From NCBI GenBank assembly GCA_020137815.1, contig CM035353.1, positions 7,130,001-7,194,000 on the forward strand: DNA of 64,000 bases, given 5' to 3'. Source of the DNA: Hormiphora californensis (Eukaryota > Animalia > Ctenophora). Position numbers and translations under genes: made by a program. The notes beneath the pieces are model-generated. The model searched no databases. It saw nothing but the letters and a program-made list of their open reading frames with translations, and had not been told where the DNA came from. Of the stretch, positions 63,181 through 64,000 are shown one piece after another. How positions within the stretch are numbered: the first letter of the stretch is position 1; each line of letters opens with the position of its first letter.

Positions 63181-64000
63181 TATCCACTTACTAAATTTGG
63201 TGCCAGAATAATTCGTTTCTGTACCGTTGAGGTGTATTATTTTATATTATTTTATTGAAAGGGGGAAGTTATGGTTGGGTATTCGGGGAATGTTTCGAGA
63301 GGGAAGACAGGGTTTCTAATAGATTGAAACTCGTAATATCCGGTCTACATCTAGAGGAGACTGGGGGCGCCCGGTACCGACAGGGGTGTAATATCTCTCG
63401 CTCAGAATTGTTTCCAACTCCAGGTCTATGGGGTAAGCAGTCGCCGGCCATATTTAGTTCCAATCCTGATCCATATCTTCCTATAGTGAGAAGTTGGTTT
63501 ATTTATCACACTAATTTTTGAAGTGAATAATAGGCCATGATCGCTGGTTATCACGCTATAAGGAGAACGCCGCCTACTCTCCTTTGTTTCAAATGTTTGG
63601 TGCCACCTGTTATAGTGGACTTTCTCCATGTTGGTGGAGCCCGGGACGTGTGGTTATATTTATTGATATTATTTATTTATTGTTTATAACGTTCTAATTT
63701 TTCCATGATAAACAATATGCATTGTTCCGTTTTCCACTATTTTCCTGGCCTATCTGCTGTAGGAGGTAAACTTCTGCTGTCGAATGGCAGTCGCTATTTT
63801 CGGTAATCGCAAGCAGCGATCGCTGTTTACGATGGTGAAAGCTAATACCGCTTTCACGCTGTTACGTCTTAAACCATTCACCTCTTTTTGGTCGGCACGT
63901 TGGTTTCGTGATGGACTGATGGGGCGAGATTGCAATTGCCTTTTGGAGAATGTCTGACATTTCAGTAGACCTTCTGTTTCCTATACCATGTACTAGTGTC

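Overview
Eukaryotic (animal) genomic DNA with spliceosomal introns. The repeat families resemble those I associate with ctenophores, but that is a tentative inference. 1-12.7 kb is a compact, all-plus-strand cluster of four genes: a catalytically degenerate cytosolic aconitase/IRP-like gene, a queuosine salvage protein (QNG1/C9orf64-like), a 65-aa COX16-like membrane microprotein and an ankyrin-DHHC palmitoyltransferase (ZDHHC13/17). Each of the three downstream ATGs sits just after an apparently unpaired splice acceptor (possible SL-trans-spliced operon), and a 2361-bp tandem duplication overlaps the first two genes. 13-36 kb and 58-64 kb hold many non-autonomous DNA transposons (hAT, Harbinger, piggyBac-, Kolobok- and Tc1/pogo-like), foldbacks and decayed F-box, KolX-like and Chapaev-like gene fragments. 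36.1-58.3 kb is a resolvable nest: an inverted Penelope retroelement (12-bp TSD, hammerhead-like motif) whose right arm carries an 18.3-kb Helitron (39864-58167) with exact A|T ends. The RepHel gene is split by a Harbinger-like MITE and a 4.1-kb intron-containing hAT, and has an extra Pif1 2B-like domain in its N-terminal region. The Helitron also carries two intact three-exon microgenes absent from the ORF track, arranged divergently: a 139-aa hyper-acidic protein and a 69-aa basic CCCH zinc-finger protein. All exon models and alignments were made by eye; no database searches were run.
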